A stretch of 63,456 nt of DNA, filler included, from Lenisia limosa (taxonomy: Eukaryota; Protista; Breviatea), in assembly GCA_001655205.1 (NCBI GenBank). It is 17 parts of 17 records of this genome, joined end to end, with 100 filler letters (N's around TTAATTAATTAA, not from the genome) between each part and the next. Parts side by side here need not be neighbours in the genome. Positions count along the whole stretch, not along the records: positions 34,616 to 51,114 come from LPNZ01007055.1; 16 more parts are not named here. The stretch is one strand, 5' to 3'. The stretch's first letter is position 1, and each line of letters starts with the position of its first letter. The translations under genes were made by a program, and so were the position numbers. Of this stretch, positions 36,561 to 48,380 are shown in pieces. The notes under the pieces are model-generated. The model saw only the letters and a program-made list of their open reading frames with translations. It made no database searches and was not told where the DNA came from.

Positions 36561-38370
36561 ATGTATGGTGGAATTGGTCTTCTTACTGCGCGTGGTACTG
36601 GCACAAATGGTTAGCCTACATTGCATCACTAGTGTTTAAGAATAAAATAAACGTAAAACTGACTAATTACCATTAGGATACGTACAGCGAAATCTCTCGT
36701 CTCTCCGACCAAAGCAACACATTATTGATGTTGAAGCAGAAGGTATGCCGACTTTTACTTGCCTTATATTTTTATATGCACCAGTGTTTATTTAGTTCTC
36801 TATATGTTCCATTTGACCTTGGACAGCTGTAAAAGCAGAAAGGGATGCCACACGCAAAAAGGACATTCGAATTCTGGAGTTTGACAAAAGGAGGCAAGTA
36901 GCTGTGCAGATTGAGAGAATCAGGGAAGAGCTGGAGGAAGAAGGGTAGGTTTTCAGTTTTTAGCACAGCCATGTATTTACTTTTGTTTATTTGAGAGAGA
37001 GAGAGAGAGAAAGGGAGAGAGTGTGTGTGTTTGCACACGTCACAACATTATGGAATACCTCTAATCCTTGGTTGATTTTTTAGGTTTGAGGAAATTGAGA
37101 CTGAATTGAAGATCCGTTTGGAGCAGGCATTGGAGGAAATGAAGGAGCCAGATGAACAAGAATTGTTTGGATGGGTTATCATTGTCTTTCAAGTGATAAA
37201 AAACACAGTTATCGGGTCCTGCTTTACATTGATACTTCATTTTTTGGAAGTGTATTGTATATATTTCACAAAATAAATTGAATCCAAATTTATGTACGCT
37301 GGAGTGATTGGTTGCTAAGCGACTGGCCTGGGCTTTGTTTNNNNNNNNNNNNNNNNNNNNNNNNNNNNNNNNNNNNNNNNNNNNNNNNNNNNNNNNNNNN
37401 NNNNNNNNNNNNNNNNNNNNNNNNNNNNNNNNNNNNNNNNNNNNNNNNNNNNNNNNNNNNNNNNNNNNNNNNNNNNNNNNNNNNNAGCTCCACATATTAA
37501 ATAACAATGAACAACAAAATAAGCTAAAATAAATAAGGTAGCTTCACGCTCATGCTGAAGAAGCATAATTATATAGGGAGGATGAGGTGACCGCTTTCCA
37601 GGACAAATTATCGGTTGCGTTTGATAAGCCAATTGTTTGAGGGGTTATCCGTCAGATTCTTTTATCGAATAGATAGTACTATTAAGGTAAGTGGCCGTTA
37701 TTGGAATGGGTAGACCAGCTTTTAAAAGTTATATTAAGTCTGCAAATCGGCTTTGTGAAATCAATGGATCCCCCCCCCCAGCTTGTGTCTTTATGTCTCA
37801 CACTTTTTAATATCAATTATGGTGCATAATAATATTGTGGGCATGATACAACCGGGTTTTTATTTTTATTTCCAACTCCACTACCTCAGTAACAGTCTCA
37901 ATCTTTTTTTTCAAAATTCAAGGCTGTTTACAGTTTAGAGGAAGAATCGACTATCACCAAGTCCTGAGCCGGAGGAAAAAAGAGCAAGATTAAAAGCGTA
38001 AGCAACCAGTCTGCATTAGAAGAGCCTTTTTGTGTGCTTTTTTTAAAGGATTTTTTTTTCGATCTGCCCCTGATATTCAAAACATCCAGTGAAAGGCGTT
38101 CCAAACGAAGACAACGAAGCAGAAGTCGCAGTCCGAAGCGACGAGAGAGGCGACAGCGCGATGAGCGAACATGTGGGCAACATTTTTCTATAAGAAGAGG
38201 TCCAACTTTTCATTGTGTTCGTGCTTGAAATGTTTCCAGTTGTTCCTTGTTTTTGGTGTTTTTTTACTTTATTTTCTTTTGTATTGCCCGTCTCTCCCAT
38301 CCACGTGGTTTTATTGTACAGCATCAAAGCGAGACGAGTACGTTCCGAGTTTAAGGAAAGACAGATTTTG
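36561..38370 (+). CDS. CWC21: Pre-mRNA splicing factor CWC21/SRRM2 (cwf21 domain)
   Basis: [29 protein letters not shown] (exons 36561-36609 and 36677-), ILEFDKRRQVAVQIERIREELEEEG, and an RS-rich tail (RSRSRSPKRRERR). Confidence 0.9.
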
Positions 38371-38679
38371 ATAGAGTATTTCTTTTTTGGTGTTTCAATG
38401 TTGTCTTAAGTTTTAGAATCTATTTATCTAAGTCCATCTTGAAGTCTTGGAACAAAATAGTTGTGGATTATATTGTGATACACTGAGAACACAACTTGAC
38501 TACACTCGGCAAGGCATAAAAAAAAAATAAAAAAAACCCACATGGGGGGTCAAAACAAGAATGAACAGTAGCACAAGCTCATACTTTTAAAAGTCAAATC
38601 ATAACCCACTCTTAACAAATCGGCACTAAACCATAGAATACATCGAAGAAAGCAGAATGAAACAAAAAAGGTGCGGCAG

Positions 38680-39335
38680 TTACTGTGGCATGGTCATGAC
38701 AAGAGTCACATTGTCTCCCTTCAAGAGTATTCTCCCTGGAATTGGGTCAATTTGTCAACAATTTCTTTTCTTTTCATTATTACTAACTAAACTTACAGCA
38801 AAATATTTGAGACAAATGAACCAGTAATGAGTAAGAAAAGTGCATGAAAAAAAAAAAAAAAAAAAGNNNNNNNNNNNNNNNNNNNNNNNNNNNNNNNNNN
38901 NNNNNNNNNNNNNNNNNNNNNNNNNNNNNNNNNNNNNNNNNNNNNNNNNNNNNNNNNNNNNNNNNNNNNNNNNNNNNNNNNNNNNNNNNNNNNNNNTGGT
39001 GTTCACTTCCTCAGCGTCGTCAAGAACGATGTTCATGTAATCGTCAAAACCCTAATTTAGTAAAATAAACACAACACAGCTGAAAACAAACGATAACAAC
39101 ACCTTCCATGCGAAGATCAGGCTGGTCGACAAGCATAATCTGAACACGAGCCTTCTAAATGCTGTGAGAACTCTTCAAAATACTTAAGCCATTGAATAAA
39201 CCCCCTTTCCCCACAAACGTTTCTCAAAAAGCGGAACATAAGCACCTACAAGAAAAAAGTAAGTTAATTGTTCTTTTTACAAATAATAAGACATACCACT
39301 GGCTGAGTCATAACCTTCTTGACCTTAGTTGACAT
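38680..39335 (-). CDS. SNRPE: Small nuclear ribonucleoprotein SmE
   Basis: MSTKVKKVMTQP..ARVQIMLVDQPDLRMEG..GFDDYMNIVLDDAEEVN..GRILLKGDNVTLVMTMPQ*; Sm1 and Sm2 motifs present. Confidence 0.93.
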
Positions 39336-39656
39336 ATTTGCGCTTTTTGACTAGAATAACCTTAAAAACTTCAAATGTGCTTCTAAAAAGAGTATAGGGC
39401 TACTTCTGTATCGTAAAGGCCCTTTTTTCCGCTTTATTTTTTGAAAAGGTATGATATAATGTATCCCCCAGTTTTGACAATTTATACACTCGAAACTCTT
39501 GAGGGGCACCCAACCACGCCATAGTAAAAAAACAGTTCTAATACACATATAAATTCGTATATTATAGAAATAACAAAATAAGAAGGATAACAAAAATATT
39601 ACTTCTCACAAGGAGCTGTAAAATGTAACACATTATTTCCCCACTTTTTCATCAGA

Positions 39657-42600
39657 ATGAACGCTAACGAGGTTCTTCTAGTCCCAACTGAGCGTTGGTA
39701 TACCCCATTTGTTGGCAAAATTAGAAATTTATGGACCTCTCGCAAAGCTAGCAGGTACAACAAGAACATCATTTCACTCTTTAGTCCCAATACATTCATT
39801 CCTGAAACATGCTACTTTTGCTTTGCCAGTAAGCCACTTGGTTTTGGTGGTAATGGGTGGCCTTGTGAGTCATGTGGACAATGGAACGGCTTTCAAGAAG
39901 TGAGGAGGGGGTGCTTTGTTTGTGATGGCTTTGAAACGGCGGTAACGCTTTGTAGGATGGCAGTTATTCTGTGCATCAAAAAGAGCAGTTTAGCACTGAA
40001 GAAAATATTCCCCCTTCTTACTACCATGTTTTAAAAGGTTTGTTATGGGAAAGCGATCAAAATTCATCATCTTCTCTGTTATGAATGGTTAATTCCTCTC
40101 ATGTTTTGTTGTGGGGTGTTTGGCCATTTGCCTTTTCTCTACAAAGAGTGTTGTTTGGATCTTCTTCCCCCCCTCCCTCCCATTTTCCTTAATTAATGCG
40201 AAATGGGATATGATTTCCTGATTATTCTATAACCGTTGTATCGTTTCATCTGTAGTTTCCNNNNNNNNNNNNNNNNNNNNNNNNNNNNNNNNNNNNNNNN
40301 NNNNNNNNNNNNNNNNNNNNNNNNNNNNNNNNNNNNNNNNNNNNNNNNNNNNNNNNNNNNNNNNNNNNNNNNNNNNNNNNNNNNNNNNNNNNNNNNNNNN
40401 NNNNNNNNNNNNNNNNNNNNNNNNNNNNNNNNNNNNNNNNNNNNNNAATTCTTCAATAATTAATCTGAGACAGTTTTCCCATTTGAAATCCTGCTTACCT
40501 CACAGATACATCCGAGCCAGAGGCATTTCTCTGCCACCACTGCGAGCATCTTCTCAACGTTGTTGTCAAAGGTATCGCGCAGTATGATCCAGATACAGAG
40601 GTGAGGGTTTTGGGGAGGATAAGGGACTGTTTAAAGGTTGCTGTGTATTCCTTACCTTTCAGTCCGAAATGATAGAGTCCATTCAAAACAGTTTTCACAT
40701 CTGCGACAAATGCAATGGGAGAACCAAAATTCTGATGGTGGGATTTGGGTGATAGCTTTGTGGCATGTTCAAATAAACATGCTAGTTTTACTGCTTGATG
40801 GTTATGATGTTTTAGGAAAACGTACATCGAGCAGCCACACGCAAACCCATTCAAGACCGTATGATGTCGAATCTCAACGTGGTGGGTTTTCATTGGAAGT
40901 GTGAAAAACTTACTGGAACAGACTTAATATCAATGCCCTGTTTATTTTCTTGGCATTTAGTTAAATTGGTTTTCTGAATGACCACTTCAGCCCATTTTGG
41001 AGACAACAGCTACGCATGCTGCCCTGGTTATTTCCCGGGTACATAGATCCTTTACGCTGGCGTTTATTGGAATCTTGACGTCACTCTATGGTTTGTGTGT
41101 TTGTGACTCTTTGGACTTACGTGACCTCAGGAATGATGCTCTTTGAGTCGCCACTCTCTTCAAGTCCACGGCTTTCTGTTATATTCAGTCGTCTTCTGGA
41201 AACAGCAGTATGCTTCATCAGTGTTCCGTTCACCCCNNNNNNNNNNNNNNNNNNNNNNNNNNNNNNNNNNNNNNNNNNNNNNNNNNNNNNNNNNNNNNNN
41301 NNNNNNNNNNNNNNNNNCTTCACTTTTGTGGTCACTCCGTCTCTCTTTGCTGCATCTTCTGCCTTCGCCTTATCATACACTGCCACATTTAGCCCGGCAT
41401 CTAGAAGGGTCCAATCACAGGTGTGTCCGCAACCATTAATTTTACCATATCATCCAGGCTTTTTGTTTCTGTGTCAGTTGTCTATAACTGCATATTGATA
41501 AGACATGATGATTTTCATTTTTTCAGGTCTCCTTAATTGTGGGAGTGTTCTTATGTTTGGGCATCTCCAGCCTCAAGCCTCTGATGTGTGCGTATGACAC
41601 GTGGCAAGGTTCAGAGTCGAAATGCGAGCACACTTCCGACACCAAAGTACCGGTCTTTGAAATGCCTATTCTTCTTGATGCTGCGTTGCTTCTTGGCCTA
41701 ATGGTTCGGGGCTCTCAGTTTCAGTGTATTCTTATTTGATTCGAAGAGTGAAAGGTGTTCACCTCATAGGCTCTACTCTTGAGCTTTGGAGCGCTTCTCC
41801 GCCTGGGCTTGGCCAAAATGAGTCAGGAAGCTCAAAAGAAGAAAGAGGAGGAGGTTGAGATTCTGAGAAAACAGCAAGATCCTACTGATATCATAGAGGT
41901 GGGCAAATATCACTTTTTTCTAGTCGGAAAGGGCTTTTACTTTGTGCTAATTTTGTTGTCCAATACAGCCTGGTCGTTGTATCTTCCTTTTACTGGGTTG
42001 TTCTTTAATGCCATTAGAAGTCATTGTCGTCATCACTCTCACTGAAACCCCTGAAAAACGATCCTACCTCTCCTCAAAAGTGGGCATTTTGTTATTGTAT
42101 TTTTTGTTGATATCCGGGTTTACCGTTTTGTTACCTATGGTTGTGGTTGTCTCATTCTTAGAATGGACTCCATCCACCCCTTTGAAACGTGCCGACCGTC
42201 AAGTTCTCCTCCTTTAGTAAGAGGCGTATTATTGGGTGTATATTGTTGTTTTGGCTTTTCATAGTTGTGAGTATCGCAAAATTTATATCATATTATATAT
42301 AATATATATATTATGCATGTTCCTGATTTCTGTAGTCAGCCCCAAGCGCCAGAGGATCCCTTCAGAAGACCACAATTCCTGTTCTAGCTCCAGCCACCAA
42401 GCTTCATGGTGGCACTCTTTTACCCTCTCCTGCAGCCGTCACATCCTCAATGAACTTCCAATCTTATCCCACGCCGTCACAGCTTCCTCCATCTCACGAC
42501 TTTACCCTACCTATGCATTTCCCAGCCATGACACCTGGCCCAACAAGGTGGGCTCCCAGTCTTTTGGTTGAGCGTCAAAAGAACTTTAGCCTTCATTGAC

Positions 42601-43230
42601 ACTGACAAACTGTTTTTTTTTGTTCGTGTATGTGTGATTGTAAAAGTGATTATGGCTTCCTCATTCTGTAGTGTTAGCGCAGCTGCGACCCCTGCAGCCT
42701 TCTCGCTCACCCCATACCCACGGGTCGAGCCTCGAAGGCTGTTTGCATCCCCAGCTTTCTCAACTGCGTCATCTTTTAACATGTCTTTGGCGTCTTTTAC
42801 CCAGGTGTGAAGAGACGATATAATGAATGTGAATAGTGTTGTAGTATATCGCGACTAAACTGACATGATTTAGGAAGCTTCGCGCCTCAGCACATATCGG
42901 GATCAGATCGAGTCTGAAGATGATGACACAGAGATGATTTCACTGCCACGTCCAACGCCAACTGTCCGACCCGGGATTGATGTTCCATTCTTCACTGATT
43001 CAACTCCACAGCAACCTGCAAAAGAAGCCCCAACACAGAAAGGTGGAGAAGGGGTTCATTCGATGTGTTCTTCTGTGGTAGATTGAATCGTTGAATACCC
43101 AATCCCATTTCACGTAGTAGTGATACAGCCCCAGTCCTCGCGAGATTTCACATTTGGAACTGACGACAAACGATTAGCAAGTGGAGTCGAGAACTTACGT
43201 CTCAATAATGGTATCGGTGATAGGTCTGAA
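39657..43230 (+). CDS. Ima1/TMEM201(Samp1)-like inner nuclear membrane zinc-finger protein
   Basis: CYFCFASKPLGFGGNGWPCESCGQWNGFQE, then FLCHHCEHLLNVVVKGIAQYDP and ICDKCN: four CxxC pairs in Ima1_N order. Several hydrophobic exons and a Ser/Pro-rich tail follow. End approximate. Confidence 0.7.
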
Positions 43231-43489
43231 TGTTGTATTATGTGATGTACATTTCCTGTATTATCATTTGGTATAGGTAATAGACGTACATTTGTAAGAA
43301 ACAAGAAAACAACCATGGACTTAGGCTAGTATCATCTTCCTGATTGGACACCTTTAGCTGAACTAAAAAGTAAAGACAATAACCTCTAATATTTCAACCT
43401 TAGGTAAGGTAAAGACCATAATGAGACCCCCCCCCCCCCNNNNNNNNNNNNNNNNNNNNNNNNNNNNNNNNNNNNNNNNNNNNNNNNNN

Positions 43490-44480
43490 NNNCTTGTGAT
43501 ATCTAAAGGTTGTTAAACGAGATAGGATGTGAATGACCTGGTTGTGACATTTGCTTTAAATTCAATTGAAGCTTTTTTCAAAATTTCGACATCGTTAACA
43601 TTCATTACTCAAATCAAAGATCAGGTGACCCCATCTATTGACACGAACGCACCTCCAATGTTGGTGATGTTGTCCTTCAGTGGAGTGAGGGCAACAACCG
43701 CAAACGCTTCTGTTCTTCCGTTAACACTGTTCTTGCGGATTTTAAAGGAAACCTGGGAGTTGAAAATAATTTTGGCACAAAGATATGAAATAATAGGAAC
43801 AGCGTTAGATCCAAACTCTTCCATAAAAAGTCAACGGTGCTGTATCAGTTAGTAACGGTTTGACACTGCTGAATAAAGAGAATTGTGGTTTTTTTCTTCC
43901 CCCAAGCTTTCAGATTACCAAACAATCTAAACCACCATCTTACTTCTTGGTCAGGATCAAGGTACTGTTTCCCCTTCTCAGAGTCAATGGAAGAAAAGTG
44001 CACGAAGACATCCTGCAAGGGTGAACGTGCTGGAAGATTGCGGCAACAATATGATTATTCTTTTCTGGATATTTAATCTAATATGCTAATATTCCCAGAG
44101 TGCAGACCTCAGCGAGGGACTCAGCTCGAAGGAAACCAAAACCCTTGGTCCAGTTGAACCACACGACCACACCTCGGTGGGTTTCTTCCTGATCTACATG
44201 TGTAGACATCCCATTAAGTCGTAAAGACGAAACAGGTATTGGGAATACCAATTGTCGCTCAAATAGATTTGATCCTGATGATCAAGTCGTATAAAAACGT
44301 TGGACCGCAATGGAGGTGTATAGATATTATGTACACCTCCTAGTCCCAATTGGAACAAATGGAATGACCATCCCCTTTCGTTACATATGTCAAATAACTC
44401 GTGTAAGTCGAATGCAGGAGGCGATGGCGGGTGAGGAGGCGCGGCTCCTCTTCAGGCTAACCATCAAGGTGGGATTGTCC
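43490..44480 (-). CDS. Cold-shock-domain nucleic-acid-binding protein
   Basis: Exons 44108-44193 (HRGVVVWFNWTKGFGFLRAE), 43944-44012 (DVFVHFSSIDSEKGKQYLDPDQE) and one starting at 43752 (VSFKIRKNSVNGRTEAFAV). RNP1/RNP2 motifs of a CSD. Confidence 0.85.
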
Positions 44481-45379
44481 AGCAAACTACTTTATTTTGA
44501 GGATAATTTACTTTGTCTTGATGAAATAGCTTCATAAAAGTACAGCTTCCATTTTTGCTTCCTATTATTTTTTTCTTTGGTATCTTCCGGTCCTCTCTCC
44601 GGCGGACTAGATCTATTTTGTAGAAAATCAATATTTAAAGGGGGATTCAGACTTCCTTGTCACACTAATTTCATCGGCTCATTACATTCTTTTGGGCCTT
44701 TGATAAATAATACTGATACAATACGCAAGATAGCAGTGTCTGCATGTACCAATGCCCCTTTTATAAATATTGTTAAGATATTTTTTGGAGGCGTTTGGCG
44801 TCTCCACGTCTCTTTCAATTAATGATACACTCGGAGCATAATTATTGAATCGGAATATTCGTATCACAAATCGTTTCCAAAATGAAAAAGTAAGTACAGT
44901 GGAATATCTAATAAATATCTTTTCAAGTAAATTGGATTAAACTTAAGGGACCTCGCATTGAGGCCCCTTGGAAGGTTTCAAGATAATACCCTTTATTATT
45001 ACATTGACCATTCAGGTTTCCGAGTAGACGAGCCGCATGACAACCGCAACTGCTGTGAGAGGATGCCGTGATACATGAGGAACTTCCTGGTGCTTGGAAC
45101 AATCTTCGCTTTCATCATCATCCTGGCTATTGCATTTTGATTCTCCCCTGGGGTCTGAATTGTGATGACACGGCGCTTAATCCTGTGGACGCGTCGTGTT
45201 TGAGTCGTGACCCCAATCCCAATCTATGTTTTGTTTATTCATTGTTGTGTAATGAATTTTTTTTGTCTGTTTACCAGAATGTTTGAAAGGAAGAAAAATC
45301 TATCACACAAAGAAACACAATATCAATATACTACTACAGAAAACGAAAGACCCCTGACTTAATAATATGACCCTGTTTG

Positions 45380-48092
45380 CCTGCGAGATGAAAGAAGGGC
45401 TCCCGATGAACGCATTCCAGGCACTTGTCGTGCTGACGCTCCAGTCCTATAGAGTGAAATTATTAATGTCTATTCGGTCTTTTTGTAGGCAGAAGTGAAT
45501 AATCCGAGTATCATTACACCATGCTCCTAAAAAGTGCTGTTGCAATCAGTCCACATACACACAAAAAGAAACTAACCCCATCCACGGTAGTTCTTCACCT
45601 GGCACCCCCAACCTTGCTGATGGTTGTTGGTTAGTTCGTGATGTGGGTGTGTGGGTAACGGATTGTCTGGTGGCGCGGCCGGTGGCAACTGCGCCATTAT
45701 TTAGTTGAATACACTTTAATGAGAAATGGTAAACACTAAGAATATCAAGGAATATTTCACCCCCCCCCCCCACTTCCTTCCCTTGACGGGTTGGCTCGTT
45801 GCCTGTCTTCGGTCGGTCTCTCGGCAGGTTCAGGGGCATCATCCTCACCCTGCGGTATGAGTCTTGAAACATCCACAACAGTAATACTTCCAACATCTAC
45901 ACTATCTTTGAAACTAGATCTCCCATTTCAAGCCTCATATCAAGCTCCCCAGGCCAACTCGTCTGGCTTCTGCCGCGGGTGCAGCCGCGGCGTTGTTCTT
46001 NNNNNNNNNNNNNNNNNNNNNNNNNNNNNNNNNNNNNNNNNNNNNNNNNNNNNNNNNNNNNNNNNNNNNNNNNNNNNNNNNNNNNNNNNNNNNNNNNNNN
46101 NNNNNNNNNNNNNNNNNNNNNACTATCAAGAAGGGGGGAGGGGGAGTGGGGATACTAAAACGGAAACCTAAAAAATGTTAGAAACACCGATGCCTTCACT
46201 AAATTCCAACTCACAGTGTTCATGCCTGTCCAATCGAAGACCTTGTCATAGTGATAGCCCTCACGGACAAACAGATCTCTGAACAGCCGTCTCAAGTATG
46301 AGTAGTCGGGCTTATCGTCAAATCTGAAACATTATCCTTGACCTTCAATGAAAACATAGAGTACTTCTTTGAGATAACTATTTTGTACCCCCCCCCCCCA
46401 CCTTAGCGCACGGGCGTAACTCAAATACGTCACAAATTCAGCTAAATAATCAGGGAAGAGCAGAGAGAGGACAAATAATAGTATGAAGGGTGCGCTACGG
46501 GTAATAAATAATGCCGCCCACGTTCCCAAAAAAAGAGATCAGAATTTCCAGATATAGTATATCGATATTTTACCAATCAATTTCTGACAGCAGACAAGCC
46601 CAGTGAAAAGATTTGCTCCACATACACGGTAATCCTCGACACAAGTGCTCCATGGGGTATGATATCTTCTTTTCAGCGATACGTTCGTACTTCTGCTTCT
46701 TTGTCACCGCTGAAGCGTCAATGTTAGAAATATAAAAGCAATTCAACAGAAAGCAAAAGAATATATACTATGACTTAAGCAAGGAGTCAAACCACCCACC
46801 CTTAAGCCCTTGCCACGGAAGAGAGCCCTTCAGGAAGTACACGAACACGTAACCCAGGGCCTCAAGATCGTCTCTACGGCTCTGCTCTGAAAGTATGAAG
46901 ACTGATATTTAGGGAGGCAAGGTATAACCTACTGCTGAATGGACAATAAATGACCACAACAAAACTCATTCATTTTACATTCGCTTAACATCAAAAAGGT
47001 TGAAAATGAAGGCCACAAAAGCGTAAAATGCAATTTGAGATCATGAAAAAACAAAAATAAACACTGAGGCAACGCAATACAATTACAAAATGGGGGGGGG
47101 GGGACCAACCGATGCCAAGATGCGCATTAACTGACGCATAACGCGCTGTTCCGATGAGTGACTTGTTTTCACGGTATGGAAGATGCTGGTGCGTCCTGGG
47201 GTCTCTGAACTTCTTGGCTGAAGGTGTCAGAGCGAAATGAACTTTGAGCAAAGATGGAAGGCCAAACCAGTCTTCAAAATATAGCAATACGAATGTATAG
47301 GAAGAACATAACTTCATAATCTCTAATACAACGCCCTCTATTCCACAATACTCTGATATTGGTAACAATAGTGCTTTTAACTTGGGCATCAGAGCTTCCC
47401 ACAACAACCAGCTCACCCAATCCAAAATCAATCATGAACACTGTCTTTGCTCTGGCTTCACGTCCAATAAGGAAGTTATCAGGCTTGATGTCTCTATGAA
47501 TAAAGTTCTTGCTGTGAAGGTATTCCACTCTTGCGATCTAAGGAAATCAGAGCGGTGCTTCCAAATTGGAACGAAAACCTCAAAATACCCTAAATAAGCC
47601 AGAACAAACCATTTGGTCACTCAGCATCAACACAGTCTTGAGACGGAATCGTCTTTTGCAGATACAGAAGAGGTCTTCAAGGGATTTGCCCAAAAGGTCC
47701 ATCACCATCACATTATAATCACCTTCTGTTCCAAACCAGCGAGCTTGGGGGACACCAACTGCAATGGAGTTACAAAGTGAAACTACTGGAACAAACATTC
47801 AGCCAAGAAGCTACCTCTAAAAAATGTATTTCATTATAATAACTACAGCGCAGGCAATTTGTTAACAAAGGGGCCCAAAAAGCTGGGCGAAGTTACTCCA
47901 CAAACCTCCACCAGAGAGGATTCTGTACATACGGTACTCATAGAGTAACTGTGGATGCCTTGTTTTAATTGGCTCCAGCTTAACAGCAATCTCTTCGCCA
48001 GTTGTGGCATTGGTGCCTGAAAAAATTTCTCCAAAGGAACCAAATCCAAGCTTTTTGCCTATTCTAAATCGAGTCCCCACTCGGAGATCCAT
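45380..48092 (-). CDS. CK1: Casein kinase I (delta/epsilon-like)
   Basis: Eight in-phase exons (47906-48092, 47610-47758, 47417-47537, 47110-47217, 46800-46886, 46626-46709, 46402-46441, 46215-46323) carry [50 protein letters not shown] and SLPWQGLK. Tail end approximate. Confidence 0.97.
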
Positions 48093-48380
48093 TATAACAG
48101 GGTGGGAGCTGTATTACCGAACTGAATGATAAAGTTACTCACGACTAAGGGTTTTATAGAAGAATATATTTCTTAAATACAGTCTATATTGTTTTAATTT
48201 AAATGTAAACAGTGCGCTTCGAGAAAAAAAAAAATATATAGGCTTATTCTGCGCCACCGTAATTGACTTCTTTTGCCAAAATTTTCTAATTCTCCCCCTC
48301 TTCATCCTTTCAATTAGTTTAGTCACTGCTGTAATGGACTAATAGTTGAGACCTGGAAGAAAGACTATTGAGCGCGGAAG

